The notes under the pieces: generated by a model
The model's database searches: none
What the model saw: only the letters and a program-made list of their open reading frames with translations
Told to the model about the DNA's origin: nothing
Part shown: positions 26,201 through 41,630 of the stretch, piece after piece
Layout of the letters: every line of letters starts with the position of its first letter
Position numbering within the stretch: position 1 is the stretch's first letter
Position numbers and translations under genes: made by a program
Assembly: GCA_964016885.1 (NCBI GenBank)
Contig: OZ024754.1
Span: 20,088,001 to 20,152,000 of the forward strand
Direction: 5' to 3'
Source: Eledone cirrhosa
Taxonomy: Eukaryota
Length of the DNA: 64,000 bases

Positions 26201-27660
26201 AAAATGACACTTCCATGATATAGTTACTTTAGTTTCAACACAGTCTCAGATCAACTCACTTGCCAGACATGTACAACTGTGGCTAAAATCGCTCTTCCAT
26301 GATACAGTTACTTTAGTTTCAACACAATCTCAGATCAAGTCACTTGCCAGACATGTACGACTGTGGCTAAAATGACTCTTCCTTGGTATAGTTACTTCAG
26401 TTTCAACACAATCTCAGATCAAGTTATTGCCAGACATGTACAACTGTGGCTAAAATGACTCTTCCATGATATAGTTACTTTAGTTTCAACACAATCTCAG
26501 ATCCTGTCACTTGCCAGACATGTACAACTGTGGCTAAAATGACTCTTCCATGATATAGTTACTTTAGTTTCAACACGGTCTTAGATCAAGTTACTTGCCA
26601 GACTGTGGCTAAAATGACTCTTCCATGATATAGTTACTTTAGTTTTCAAACAGTCTCAGATCAAGTCACTTGCTAGACATGTATAACTGTGGCTAAAATG
26701 ACTCTTCCATGATATAGCTACTTTAGTTTCAACACAATCTCAGATCAAGTCACTTGCCAGACATGTACAACTGTGGCTAAAATGACTCTTCCAGGACATA
26801 GTTACTTTAGTTTAAACATAGTCGCAGATCATGTCACTTGCCAGACATGTACAACTGTGGCTAAAATGACTCTTCCATGACATAGTTACTTTAGTTTCAA
26901 CACAGTTTCAGATCAGGTCACTTGCCAGACACGTACGAATGTGGCTAAAATGACTCTTCCATGATATAGTTACTTTAGTATCAACACAGTTTCAGAACAG
27001 GTCACTTGCCGGACACGTACCACTGTGGCTAAAATGACTCTTCCATGATATAGTTACTTTAATTTCAACACAGTTTCAGATCAGGTCACTTGCCGGACAC
27101 GTACCACTGTGGCTAAAATTACTCTTCCATGATATAGTTACTTTAGTTTCAACACAGTCTCAGTTCAAGTCACTTGCCAGACATGTACAACTGTGGCTAA
27201 AATGACTCTTCCATGATATAGTTACTTTAGTTTCAACACAGTTTCACATCAAGTCACTTGCCAGACATGTACAACTGTGGCTAAAATGACTCTTCCATGA
27301 TATAGTTACTTTAGTTTCAACACAGTCTCAGATCAACTCACTTGCCAGACATGTACAACTGTGGCTAAAATCGCTCTTCCATGATACAGTTACTTTAGTT
27401 TCAACACAATCTCAGATCAAGTTGCTGGCCAGACATGTACAACTGTGGCTAAAATGACTCTTCCATGATATAGTTACTTTAGTTTCAACACAATCTCAGA
27501 TCCTGTCACTTGCGAGACATGTACAACTGTGGCTAAAATGACTCTTCCATGATATAGTTACTTTAGTTTCAACACGGTCTTAGATCAAGTCACTTGCCAG
27601 ACTGTGGCTAAAATGACTCTTCCATGATATAGTTACTTTAGTTTTCAAACAGTCTCAGAT
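23290..27660 (+). repeat. Duplicated block of about 1.4 kb (about 23290-24670 vs 26290-27660), offset 2996 bp
   Basis: A shared 1-bp deletion GATCAAGTTATTGCC (23421/26417), plus shared AGTATCAAC, CTTTAATTTC and GTTGCTGGCC variants in the same order. Confidence 0.85.
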
Positions 27661-28116
27661 CAAGTCACTTGCCAGACATGTACAACTGTGGCTAAAATCG
27701 CTCTTCCATGATACAGTTACTTTAGTTTCAACACAATCTCAGATCAAGTTGCTGGCCAGACATGTACAACTGTGGCTAAAATGACTCTTCCATGATATAG
27801 TTACTTTAGTTTCAACACAATCTCAGATCCTGTCACTTGCGAGACATGTATAACTGTGGCTAAAATGACTCTTCCATGATATAGTTACTTTAGTTTCAAC
27901 ACAATCCCAGATCAAGTCACTTGCCAGATATGTACAACTGTGGCTAAAATGACTCTTCCATGTCATAGTTACTTTAGTTTCAACACAGTTTCAGATCAGG
28001 TCACTTGCCAGACACGTACGAATGTGGCTAAAATGACTCTTCCATGATATAGCTACTTTAGTTTCAACACAATCTCAGATCCTGTCACTTGCGAGACATG
28101 TACAACTGTGGCTAAA

Positions 28117-31100
28117 ATGACTCTTCCATGATATAGTTACTTTAGTTTCAACACGGTCTTAGATCAAGTCACTTGCCAGACTGTGGCTAAAATGACTCTT
28201 CCATGATATAGTTACTTTAGTTTCAACACAATCTCAGATCAAGTCACTTGCCAGACATGTACAACTGTGGCTAAAATGACTCTTCCATGTCATAGTTACT
28301 TTAGTTTCAACACAGTTTCAGATCAAGTCACTTCCGAGACATGTACAACTTTGGCTAAAATGACTCTTCCATGATATAGTTACTTTAGTTTCAACACAGT
28401 TTCAGATCAAGTCACTTGCCAGACATGTACAACTGTGGCTAAAATGACTCTTCCATGATATAGTTACTTTAGTTTCAACACAATCTCAGATCCTGTCATT
28501 TGCGAGACATGTACAACTGTGGCTAAAATGATGCTTCTATGATATAGTTACTTTAGTTTTCAAACAGTCTTAGATCAAGTCACTTGCTAGACATGTATAA
28601 CTGTGGCTAAAATGACACTTCCATGATATAGTTACTTTAGTTTCAACACAGTCTCAGATCAACTCACTTGCCAGACATGTACAACTGTGGCTAAAATCGC
28701 TCTTCCATGATACAGTTACTTTAGTTTCAACACAATCTCAGATCAAGTCACTTGCCAGATATGTACCACTGTGGCTAAAATGACTCTTTCTTGGTATAGT
28801 TAATTTAGTTTCAACACAATCTCAGATCAAGTTACTTGCCAGACATGTACAACTGTGGCTAAAATGACTCTTGCATGATATAGTTACTTTAGTTTCAACA
28901 CAGTTTCAGACCAGGTCACTTGCCAGACACGTACCACTGTGGCTAAAATGACTCTTCCATGATATAGTTACTTTAGTTTCAACACGGTCTTAGATCAAGT
29001 CACTTGCCAGACTGTGGCTAAAATGACTCTTCCATGATATAGTTACTTTAGTTTTCAAACAGTCTCAGATCAAGTCACTTGCTAGACATGTATAACTGTG
29101 GCTAAAATGACTCTTCCATGATATAGTTCCTTTAGTTTCAACACAGTTTCACATCAAGTCACTTGCCAGACATGTACAACTGTGGCTAAAATGACTCTTC
29201 CATGATATAGTTACTTTAGTTTCAACACATTCTCAGATCAAGTCACTTCCGAGACATGTACAACTTTGGCTAAAATGACTCTTCCATGATATAGTTACTT
29301 TAGTTTCAACACAGTTTCAGATCAAGTCACTTCCGAGACACGTACCACTGTGGCTGAAATGACTCTTCCATGATATAGTTACTTTAGTTTCAACACAGTC
29401 ACAGATCAAGTCACTTGCCAGACATGTACAACTGTGGCTAAAATGACTCTTCCATGATATAGTTACTTTAGTTTCAACACAGTTTCACATCAAGTCACTT
29501 GCCAGACATGTACAACTGTGGCTAAAATGACTCTTCCATGATATAGTTACTTTAGTTTCAACACAGTCTCAGATCAACTCACTTGCCAAACATGTACAAC
29601 TGTGGCTAAAATCGCTCTTCCATGATACAATTACTTTAGTTTCAACACAATCTCAGATCAAGTTGCTGGCCAGACATGTACAACTGTGGCTAAAATGACT
29701 CTTCCATGATATAGTTACTTTAGTTTCAACACAATCTCAGATCCTGTCACTTGCGAGACATGTACAACTGTGGCTAAAATGACTCTTCCATGATATAGTT
29801 ACTTTAGTTTCAACACGGTCTTAGATCAAGTCACTTGCCAGACTGTGGCTAAAATGACTCTTCCATGATATAGTTACTTTAGTTTCAACACAATCTCAGA
29901 TCAAGTCACTTGCCAGACATGTACAACTGTGGCTAAAATGACTCTTCCATGTCATAGTTACTTTAGTTTCAACACAGTTTCAGATCAAGTCACTTCCGAG
30001 ACATGTACAACTTTGGCTAAAATGACTCTTCCATGATATAGTTACTTTAGTTTCAACACAGTTTCAGATCAAGTCACTTGCCAGACATGTACAACTGTGG
30101 CTAAAATGACTCTTCCATGATATAGTTACTTTAGTTTCAACACAATCTCAGATCCTGTCATTTGCGAGACATGTACAACTGTGGCTAAAATGATGCTTCT
30201 ATGATATAGTTACTTTAGTTTTCAAACAGTCTTAGATCAAGTCACTTGCTAGACATGTATAACTGTGGCTAAAATGACACTTCCATGATATAGTTACTTT
30301 AGTTTCAACACAGTCTCAGATCAACTCACTTGCCAGACATGTACAACTGTGGCTAAAATCGCTCTTCCATGATACAGTTACTTTAGTTTCAACACAATCT
30401 CAGATCAAGTCACTTGCCAGATATGTACCACTGTGGCTAAAATGACTCTTTCTTGGTATAGTTAATTTAGTTTCAACACAATCTCAGATCAAGTTACTTG
30501 CCAGACATGTACAACTGTGGCTAAAATGACTCTTGCATGATATAGTTACTTTAGTTTCAACACAGTTTCAGACCAGGTCACTTGCCAGACACGTACCACT
30601 GTGGCTAAAATGACTCTTCCATGATATAGTTACTTTAGTTTCAACACGGTCTTAGATCAAGTCACTTGCCAGACTGTGGCTAAAATGACTCTTCCATGAT
30701 ATAGTTACTTTAGTTTCAACACAATCTCAGATCAAGTCACTTGCCAGACATGTACAACTGTGGCTAAAATGACTCTTCCATGTCATAGTTACTTTAGTTT
30801 CAACACAGTTTCAGATCAAGTCACTTCCGAGACATGTACAACTTTGGCTAAAATGACTCTTCCATGATATAGTTACTTTAGTTTCAACACAGTTTCAGAT
30901 CAAGTCACTTGCCAGACATGTACAACTGTGGCTAAAATGACTCTTCCATGATATAGTTACTTTAGTTTCAACACAATCTCAGATCCTGTCATTTGCGAGA
31001 CATGTACAACTGTGGCTAAAATGATGCTTCTATGATATAGTTACTTTAGTTTTCAAACAGTCTTAGATCAAGTCACTTGCTAGACATGTATAACTGTGCC

Positions 31101-34100
31101 TAAAATGACACTTCCATGATATAGTTACTTTAGTTTCAACACAGTCTCAGATCAACTCACTTGCCAGACATGTACAACTGTGGCTAAAATCGCTCTTCCA
31201 TGATACAGTTACTTTAGTTTCAACACAATCTCAGATCAAGTCACTTGCCAGATATGTACCACTGTGGCTAAAATGACTCTTTCTTGGTATAGTTAATTTA
31301 GTTTCAACACAATCTCAGATCAAGTTACTTGCCAGACATGTACAACTGTGGCTAAAATGACTCTTGCATGATATAGTTACTTTAGTTTCAACACAGTTTC
31401 AGACCAGGTCACTTGCCAGACACGTACCACTGTGGCTAAAATGACTCTTCCATGATATAGTTACTTTAGTTTCAACACGGTCTTAGATCAAGTCACTTGC
31501 CAGACTGTGGCTAAAATGACTTTTCCATGATATAGTTACTTTAGTTTTCAAACAGTCTCAGATCAAGTCACTTGCTAGACATGTATAACTGTGGCTAAAA
31601 TGACTCTTCCATGATATAGTTCCTTTAGTTTCAACACAGTTTCACATCAAGTCACTTGCCAGACATGTACAACTGTGGCTAAAATGACTCTTCCATGATA
31701 TAGTTACTTTAGTTTCAACACATTCTCAGATCAAGTCACTTCCGAGACATGTACAACTTTGGCTAAAATGACTCTTCCATGATATAGTTACTTTAGTTTC
31801 AACACAGTTTCAGATCAAGTCACTTCCGAGACACGTACCACTGTGGCTGAAATGACTCTTCCATGATATAGTTACTTTAGTTTCAACACAGTCACAGATC
31901 AAGTCACTTGCCAGACATGTACAACTGTGGCTAAAATGACTCTTCCATGATATAGTTACTTTAGTTTCAACACAGTTTCACATCAAGTCACTTGCCAGAC
32001 ATGTACAACTGTGGCTAAAATGACTCTTCCATGATATAGTTACTTTAGTTTCAACACAGTCTCAGATCAACTCACTTGCCAAACATGTACAACTGTGGCT
32101 AAAATCGCTCTTCCATGATACAATTACTTTAGTTTCAACACAATCTCAGATCAAGTTGCTGGCCAGACATGTACAACTGTGGCTAAAATGACTCTTCCAT
32201 GATATAGTTACTTTAGTTTCAACACAATCTCAGATCCTGTCACTTGCGAGACATGTACAACTGTGGCTAAAATGACTCTTCCATGATATAGTTACTTTAG
32301 TTTCAACACGGTCTTAGATCAAGTCACTTGCCAGACTGTGGCTAAAATGACTCTTCCATGATATAGTTACTTTAGTTTCAACACAATCTCAGATCAAGTC
32401 ACTTGCCAGACATGTACAACTGTGGCTAAAATGACTCTTCCATGTGATAGTTACTTTAGTTTCAACACAGTTTCAGATCAAGTCACTTCCGAGACATGTA
32501 CAACTTTGGCTAAAATGACTCTTCCATGATATAGTTACTTTAGTTTCAACACAGTTTCAGATCAAGTCACTTGCCAGACATGTACAACTGTGGCTAAAAT
32601 GACTCTTCCATGATATAGTTACTTTAGTTTCAACACAATCTCAGATCCTGTCATTTGCGAGACATGTACAACTGTGGCTAAAATGATGCTTCTATGATAT
32701 AGTTACTTTAGTTTTCAAACAGTCTTAGATCAAGTCACTTGCTAGACATGTATAACTGTGGCTAAAATGACACTTCCATGATATAGTTACTTTAGTTTCA
32801 ACACAGTCTCAGATCAACTCACTTGCCAGACATGTACAACTGTGGCTAAAATCGCTCTTCCATGATACAGTTACTTTAGTTTCAACACAATCTCAGATCA
32901 AGTCACTTGCCAGATATGTACCACTGTGGCTAAAATGACTCTTTCTTGGTATAGTTAATTTAGTTTCAACACAATCTCAGATCAAGTTACTTGCCAGACA
33001 TGTACAACTGTGGCTAAAATGACTCTTGCATGATATAGTTACTTTAGTTTCAACACAGTTTCAGACCAGGTCACTTGCCAGACACGTACCACTGTGGCTA
33101 AAATGACTCTTCCATGATATAGTTACTTTAGTTTTCAAACAGTCTCAGATCAAGTCACTTGCTAGACATGTATAACTGTGGCTAAAATGACTCTTCCATG
33201 ATATAGTTCCTTTAGTTTCAACACAGTTTCACATCAAGTCACTTGCCAGACATGTACAACTGTGGCTAAAATGACTCTTCCATGATATAGTTACTTTAGT
33301 TTCAACACATTCTCAGATCAAGTCACTTCCGAGACATGTACAACTTTGGCTAAAATGACTCTTCCATGATATAGTTACTTTAGTTTCAACACAGTTTCAG
33401 ATCAAGTCACTTCCGAGACACGTACCACTGTGGCTGAAATGACTCTTCCATGATATAGTTACTTTAGTTTCAACACAGTCACAGATCAAGTCACTTGCCA
33501 GACATGTACAACTGTGGCTAAAATGACTCTTCCATGATATAGTTACTTTAGTTTCAACACAGTTTCACATCAAGTCACTTGCCAGACATGTACAACTGTG
33601 GCTAAAATGACTCTTCCATGATATAGTTACTTTAGTTTCAACACAGTCTCAGATCAACTCACTTGCCAAACATGTACAACTGTGGCTAAAATCGCTCTTC
33701 CATGATACAATTACTTTAGTTTCAACACAATATCAGATCAAGTTGCTGGCCAGACATGTACAACTGTGGCTAAAATGACTCTTCCATGATATAGTTACTT
33801 TAGTTTCAACACAATCTCAGATCCTGTCACTTGCGAGACATGTACAACTGTGGCTAAAATGACTCTTCCATGATATAGTTACTTTAGTTTCAACACGGTC
33901 TTAGATCAAGTCACTTGCCAGACTGTGGCTAAAATGACTCTTCCATGATATAGTTACTTTAGTTTCAACACAATCTCAGATCAAGTCACTTGCCAGACAT
34001 GTACAACTGTGGCTAAAATGACTCTTCCATGTCATAGTTACTTTAGTTTCAACACAGTTTCAGATCAAGTCACTTCCGAGACATGTACAACTTTGGCTAA

Positions 34101-35200
34101 AATGACTCTTCCATGATATAGTTACTTTAGTTTCAACACAGTTTCAGATCAAGTCACTTGCCAGACATGTACAACTGTGGCTAAAATGACTCTTCCATGA
34201 TATAGTTACTTTAGTTTCAACACAATCTCAGATCCTGTCATTTGCGAGACATGTACAACTGTGGCTAAAATGATGCTTCTATGATATAGTTACTTTAGTT
34301 TTCAAACAGTCTTAGATCAAGTCACTTGCTAGACATGTATAACTGTGGCTAAAATGACACTTCCATGATATAGTTACTTTAGTTTCAACACAGTCTCAGA
34401 TCAACTCACTTGCCAGACATGTACAACTGTGGCTAAAATCGCTCTTCCATGATACAGTTACTTTAGTTTCAACACAATCTCAGATCAAGTCACTTGCCAG
34501 ATATGTACCACTGTGGCTAAAATGACTCTTTCTTGGTATAGTTAATTTAGTTTCAACACAATCTCAGATCAAGTTACTTGCCAGACATGTACAACTGTGG
34601 CTAAAATGACTCTTGCATGATATAGTTACTTTAGTTTCAACACAGTTTCAGACCAGGTCACTTGCCAGACACGTACCACTGTGGCTAAAATGACTCTTCC
34701 ATGATATAGTTACTTTAGTTTCAACACGGTCTTAGATCAAGTCACTTGCCAGACTGTGGCTAAAATGACTCTTCCATGATATAGTTACTTTAGTTTTCAA
34801 ACAGTCTCAGATCAAGTCACTTGCTAGACATGTATAACTGTGGCTAAAATGACTCTTCCATGATATAGTTCCTTTAGTTTCAACACAGTTTCACATCAAG
34901 TCACTTGCCAGACATGTACAACTGTGGCTAAAATGACTCTTCCATGATATAGTTACTTTAGTTTCAACACATTCTCAGATCAAGTCACTTCCGAGACATG
35001 TACAACTTTGGCTAAAATGACTCTTCCATGATATAGTTACTTTAGTTTCAACACAGTTTCAGATCAAGTCACTTCCGAGACACGTACCACTGTGGCTGAA
35101 ATGACTCTTCCATGATATAGTTACTTTAGTTTCAACACAGTCACAGATCAAGTCACTTGCCAGACATGTACAACTGTGGCTAAAATGACTCTTCCATGAT
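28117..35200 (+). repeat. Local higher-order repeat: 20-mer (1662 bp) built from two 10-mer halves (831 bp), with 10-mer and 19-mer (1587 bp) variants
   Basis: Marker ATGATGCTTCTA at 28528, 30190, 31021, 32683 and 34270 (spacings 1662, 831, 1662, 1587). 75-bp monomers at 28117, 28948, 29779, 30610, 31441 and 32272 (exact 831 spacing). Confidence 0.92.
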
Positions 35201-38200
35201 ATAGTTACTTTAGTTTCAACACAGTCTCAGTACACGTCACTTGCCAGACATGTACAACTGTGGCTAAAATCGCTCTTCCATGATACAGTTACTTTAGTCT
35301 CAACACAATCTCAGATCAAGTCACTTGCCAGACTGTGGCTAAAATGACTCTTCCATGATATAGTTACTTTAGTTTTCAAACAGTCTCAGATCAAGTCACT
35401 TGCTAGACATGTATAACTGTGGCTAAAATGACTCTTCCATGATATAGCTACTTTGGTTTCAACACAATCTCAGATCAAGTCACTTGCCAGACATGTACAA
35501 CTGTGGCTAAAATGACTCTTCCAGGACATAGTTACTTTAGTTTAAACATAGTCGCAGATCAGGTCACTTGCCAGACACGTACGAATGTGGCTAAAATGAC
35601 TCTTCCATGATATAGTTACTTTAGTATCAACACAGTTTCAGAACAGGTCACTTGCCGGACACGTACCACTGTGGCTAAAATGACTCTTCCATGATATAGT
35701 TACTTTAGTTTCAACACAGTTTCAGATCAGGTCACTTGCCAGACACGTAACACTGTGGCTAAAATGACTCTTCCATGATATAGTTACTTTAGTTTCAACA
35801 CAGTTACAGATCAAGTCACTTGCCAGACATGTACAACTGTGGCTAAAATGACTCTTCCATGATATAGTTACTTTAGTTTCAACACAATCTCAGATCCTGT
35901 CACTTGCGAGACATGTACAACTGTGGCTAAAATGACTCTTCCATGATATAGTTACTTTAGTTTCAACACGGTCTTAGATCAAGTCACTTGCCAGACTGTG
36001 GCTAAAATGACTCTTCCATGATATAGTTACTTTAGTGTTCAAACAGTCTCAGATCAAGTCACTTGCTAGACATGTATAACTGTGGCTAAAATGACTCTTC
36101 CATGATATAGCTACTTTAGTTTCAACACAATCTCAGATCAAGTCACTTGCCAGATATGTACAACTGTGGCTAAAATGACTCTTCCAGGACATAGTTACTT
36201 TAGTTTAAACATAGTCGCAGATCATGTCACTTGCCAGACATGTACAACTGTGGCTAAAATGACTCTTCCATGACATAGTTACTTTAGTTTCAACACAGTT
36301 TCAGATCAGGTCACTTGCCAGACACGTACGAATGTGGCTAAAATGACTCTTCCAAGATATAGTTACTTTAGTTTCAACACAGTTTCAGAACAGGTCACTT
36401 GCCGGACACGTACCACTGTGGCTAAAATGACTCTTCCATGATATAGTTACTTTAGCTTCAACACAGTTTCAGATCAGGTCACTTGCCGGACACGTACCAC
36501 TGTGGCTAAAATTACTCTTCCATGATATAGTTACTTTAGTTTCAACACAGTCTCAGTTCAAGTCACTTGCCAGACATGTACAACTGTGGCTAAAATGACT
36601 CTTCCATGATATAGTTACTTTAGTTTCAACACAGTTTCACATCAAGTCACTTGCCAGACATGTACAACTGTGGCTAAAATGACTCTTCCATGATATAGTT
36701 ACTTTAGTTTCAACACAGTCTCAGATCAACTCACTTGCCAGACATGTACAACTGTGGCTAAAATCGCTCTTCCATGATACAGTTACTTTAGTTTCAACAC
36801 AATCTCAGATCAAGTTGCTGGCCAGACATGTACAACTGTGGCTAAAATGACTCTTCCATGATATAGTTACTTTAGTTTCAACACAATCTCAGATCCTGTC
36901 ACTTGCGAGACATGTACAACTGTGGCTAAAATGACTCTTCCATGATATAGTTACTTTAGTTTCAACACGGTCTTAGATCAAGTCACTTGCCAGACTGTGG
37001 CTAAAATGACTCTTCCATGATATAGTTACTTTAGTTTTCAAACAGTCTCAGATCAAGTCACTTGCTAGACATGTATAACTGTGGCTAAAATGACTCTTCC
37101 ATGATATAGTTACTTTAGTTTCAACACAATCTCAGATCCTGTCATTTGCGAGACATGTACAACTGTGGCTAAAATGATGCTTCTATGATATAGTTACTTT
37201 AGTTTTCAAACAGTCTTAGATCAAGTCACTTGCTAGACATGTATAACTGTGGCTAAAATGACACTTCCATGATATAGTTACTTTAGTTTCAACACAGTCT
37301 CAGATCAACTCACTTGCCAGACATGTACAACTGTGGCTAAAATCGCTCTTCCATGATACAGTTACTTTAGTTTCAACACAATCTCAGATCAAGTCACTTG
37401 CCAGATATGTACCACTGTGGCTAAAATGACTCTTTCTTGGTATAGTTAATTTAGTTTCAACACAATCTCAGATCAAGTTACTTGCCAGACATGTACAACT
37501 GTGGCTAAAATGACTCTTGCATGATATAGTTACTTTAGTTTCAACACAGTTTCAGACCAGGTCACTTGCCAGACACGTACCACTGTGGCTAAAATGACTC
37601 TTCCATGATATAGTTACTTTAGTTTTCAAACAGTCTCAGATCAAGTCACTTGCTAGACATGTATAACTGTGGCTAAAATGACTCTTCCATGATATAGTTC
37701 CTTTAGTTTCAACACAGTTTCACATCAAGTCACTTGCCAGACATGTACAACTGTGGCTAAAATGACTCTTCCATGATATAGTTACTTTAGTTTCAACACA
37801 TTCTCAGATCAAGTCACTTCCGAGACATGTACAACTTTGGCTAAAATGACTCTTCCATGATATAGTTACTTTAGTTTCAACACAGTTTCAGATCAAGTCA
37901 CTTCCGAGACACGTACCACTGTGGCTGAAATGACTCTTCCATGATATAGTTACTTTAGTTTCAACACAGTCACAGATCAAGTCACTTGCCAGACATGTAC
38001 AACTGTGGCTAAAATGACTCTTCCATGATATAGTTACTTTAGTTTCAACACAGTTTCACATCAAGTCACTTGCCAGACATGTACAACTGTGGCTAAAATG
38101 ACTCTTCCATGATATAGTTACTTTAGTTTCAACACAGTCTCAGATCAACTCACTTGCCAAACATGTACAACTGTGGCTAAAATCGCTCTTCCATGATACA

Positions 38201-41200
38201 ATTACTTTAGTTTCAACACAATATCAGATCAAGTTGCTGGCCAGACATGTACAACTGTGGCTAAAATGACTCTTCCATGATATAGTTACTTTAGTTTCAA
38301 CACAATCTCAGATCCTGTCACTTGCGAGACATGTACAACTGTGGCTAAAATGACTCTTCCATGATATAGTTACTTTAGTTTCAACACGGTCTTAGATCAA
38401 GTCACTTGCCAGACTGTGGCTAAAATGACTCTTCCATGATATAGTTACTTTAGTTTCAACACAATCTCAGATCAAGTCACTTGCCAGACATGTACAACTG
38501 TGGCTAAAATGACTCTTCCATGTCATAGTTACTTTAGTTTCAACACAGTTTCAGATCAAGTCACTTCCGAGACATGTACAACTTTGGCTAAAATGACTCT
38601 TCCATGATATAGTTACTTTAGTTTCAACACAGTTTCAGATCAAGTCACTTGCCAGACATGTACAACTGTGGCTAAAATGACTCTTCCATGATATAGTTAC
38701 TTTAGTTTCAACACAATCTCAGATCCTGTCATTTGCGAGACATGTACAACTGTGGCTAAAATGATGCTTCTATGATATAGTTACTTTAGTTTTCAAACAG
38801 TCTTAGATCAAGTCACTTGCTAGACATGTATAACTGTGGCTAAAATGACACTTCCATGATATAGTTACTTTAGTTTCAACACAGTCTCAGATCAACTCAC
38901 TTGCCAGACATGTACAACTGTGGCTAAAATCGCTCTTCCATGATACAGTTACTTTAGTTTCAACACAATCTCAGATCAAGTCACTTGCCAGATATGTACC
39001 ACTGTGGCTAAAATGACTCTTTCTTGGTATAGTTAATTTAGTTTCAACACAATCTCAGATCAAGTTACTTGCCAGACATGTACAACTGTGGCTAAAATGA
39101 CTCTTGCATGATATAGTTACTTTAGTTTCAACACAGTTTCAGACCAGGTCACTTGCCAGACACGTACCACTGTGGCTAAAATGACTCTTCCATGATATAG
39201 TTACTTTAGTTTCAACACGGTCTTAGATCAAGTCACTTGCCAGACTGTGGCTAAAATGACTCTTCCATGATATAGTTACTTTAGTTTTCAAACAGTCTCA
39301 GATCAAGTCACTTGCTAGACATGTATAACTGTGGCTAAAATGACTCTTCCATGATATAGTTCCTTTAGTTTCAACACAGTTTCACATCAAGTCACTTGCC
39401 AGACATGTACAACTGTGGCTAAAATGACTCTTCCATGATATAGTTACTTTAGTTTCAACACATTCTCAGATCAAGTCACTTCCGAGACATGTACAACTTT
39501 GGCTAAAATGACTCTTCCATGATATAGTTACTTTAGTTTCAACACAGTTTCAGATCAAGTCACTTCCGAGACACGTACCACTGTGGCTGAAATGACTCTT
39601 CCATGATATAGTTACTTTAGTTTCAACACAGTCACAGATCAAGTCACTTGCCAGACATGTACAACTGTGGCTAAAATGACTCTTCCATGATATAGTTACT
39701 TTAGTTTCAACACAGTCTCAGTACACGTCACTTGCCAGACATGTACAACTGTGGCTAAAATCGCTCTTCCATGATACAGTTACTTTAGTCTCAACACAAT
39801 CTCAGATCAAGTCACTTGCCAGACTGTGGCTAAAATGACTCTTCCATGATATAGTTACTTTAGTTTTCAAACAGTCTCAGATCAAGTCACTTGCTAGACA
39901 TGTATAACTGTGGCTAAAATGACTCTTCCATGATATAGCTACTTTGGTTTCAACACAATCTCAGATCAAGTCACTTGCCAGACATGTACAACTGTGGCTA
40001 AAATGACTCTTCCAGGACATAGTTACTTTAGTTTAAACATAGTCGCAGATCAGGTCACTTGCCAGACACGTACGAATGTGGCTAAAATGACTCTTCCATG
40101 ATATAGTTACTTTAGTATCAACACAGTTTCAGAACAGGTCACTTGCCGGACACGTACCACTGTGGCTAAAATGACTCTTCCATGATATAGTTACTTTAGT
40201 TTCAACACAGTTTCAGATCAGGTCACTTGCCAGACACGTAACACTGTGGCTAAAATGACTCTTCCATGATATAGTTACTTTAGTTTCAACACAGTTACAG
40301 ATCAAGTCACTTGCCAGACATGTACAACTGTGGCTAAAATGACTCTTCCATGATATAGTTACTTTAGTTTCAACACAATCTCAGATCCTGTCACTTGCGA
40401 GACATGTACAACTGTGGCTAAAATGACTCTTCCATGATATAGTTACTTTAGTTTCAACACGGTCTTAGATCAAGTCACTTGCCAGACTGTGGCTAAAATG
40501 ACTCTTCCATGATATAGTTACTTTAGTGTTCAAACAGTCTCAGATCAAGTCACTTGCTAGACATGTATAACTGTGGCTAAAATGACTCTTCCATGATATA
40601 GCTACTTTAGTTTCAACACAATCTCAGATCAAGTCACTTGCCAGATATGTACAACTGTGGCTAAAATGACTCTTCCAGGACATAGTTACTTTAGTTTAAA
40701 CATAGTCGCAGATCATGTCACTTGCCAGACATGTACAACTGTGGCTAAAATGACTCTTCCATGACATAGTTACTTTAGTTTCAACACAGTTTCAGATCAG
40801 GTCACTTGCCAGACACGTACGAATGTGGCTAAAATGACTCTTCCAAGATATAGTTACTTTAGTTTCAACACAGTTTCAGAACAGGTCACTTGCCGGACAC
40901 GTACCACTGTGGCTAAAATGACTCTTCCATGATATAGTTACTTTAGCTTCAACACAGTTTCAGATCAGGTCACTTGCCGGACACGTACCACTGTGGCTAA
41001 AATTACTCTTCCATGATATAGTTACTTTAGTTTCAACACAGTCTCAGTTCAAGTCACTTGCCAGACATGTACAACTGTGGCTAAAATGACTCTTCCATGA
41101 TATAGTTACTTTAGTTTCAACACAGTTTCACATCAAGTCACTTGCCAGACATGTACAACTGTGGCTAAAATGACTCTTCCATGATATAGTTACTTTAGTT

Positions 41201-41630
41201 TCAACACAGTCTCAGATCAACTCACTTGCCAGACATGTACAACTGTGGCTAAAATCGCTCTTCCATGATACAGTTACTTTAGTTTCAACACAATCTCAGA
41301 TCAAGTTGCTGGCCAGACATGTACAACTGTGGCTAAAATGACTCTTCCATGATATAGTTACTTTAGTTTCAACACAATCTCAGATCCTGTCACTTGCGAG
41401 ACATGTACAACTGTGGCTAAAATGACTCTTCCATGATATAGTTACTTTAGTTTCAACACGGTCTTAGATCAAGTCACTTGCCAGACTGTGGCTAAAATGA
41501 CTCTTCCATGATATAGTTACTTTAGTTTTCAAACAGTCTCAGATCAAGTCACTTGCTAGACATGTATAACTGTGGCTAAAATGACTCTTCCATGATATAG
41601 TTACTTTAGTTTCAACACAATCTCAGATCA
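32590..41630 (+). repeat. 4491-bp (54-monomer: 49x84 + 5x75) tandem duplication, apparently near-identical
   Basis: Rare markers at +4491: TATCAG 33731/38222, TACACGTCAC 35231/39722, TCCAAGATAT 36351/40842; monomer starts 32599/37090. Confidence 0.94.
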
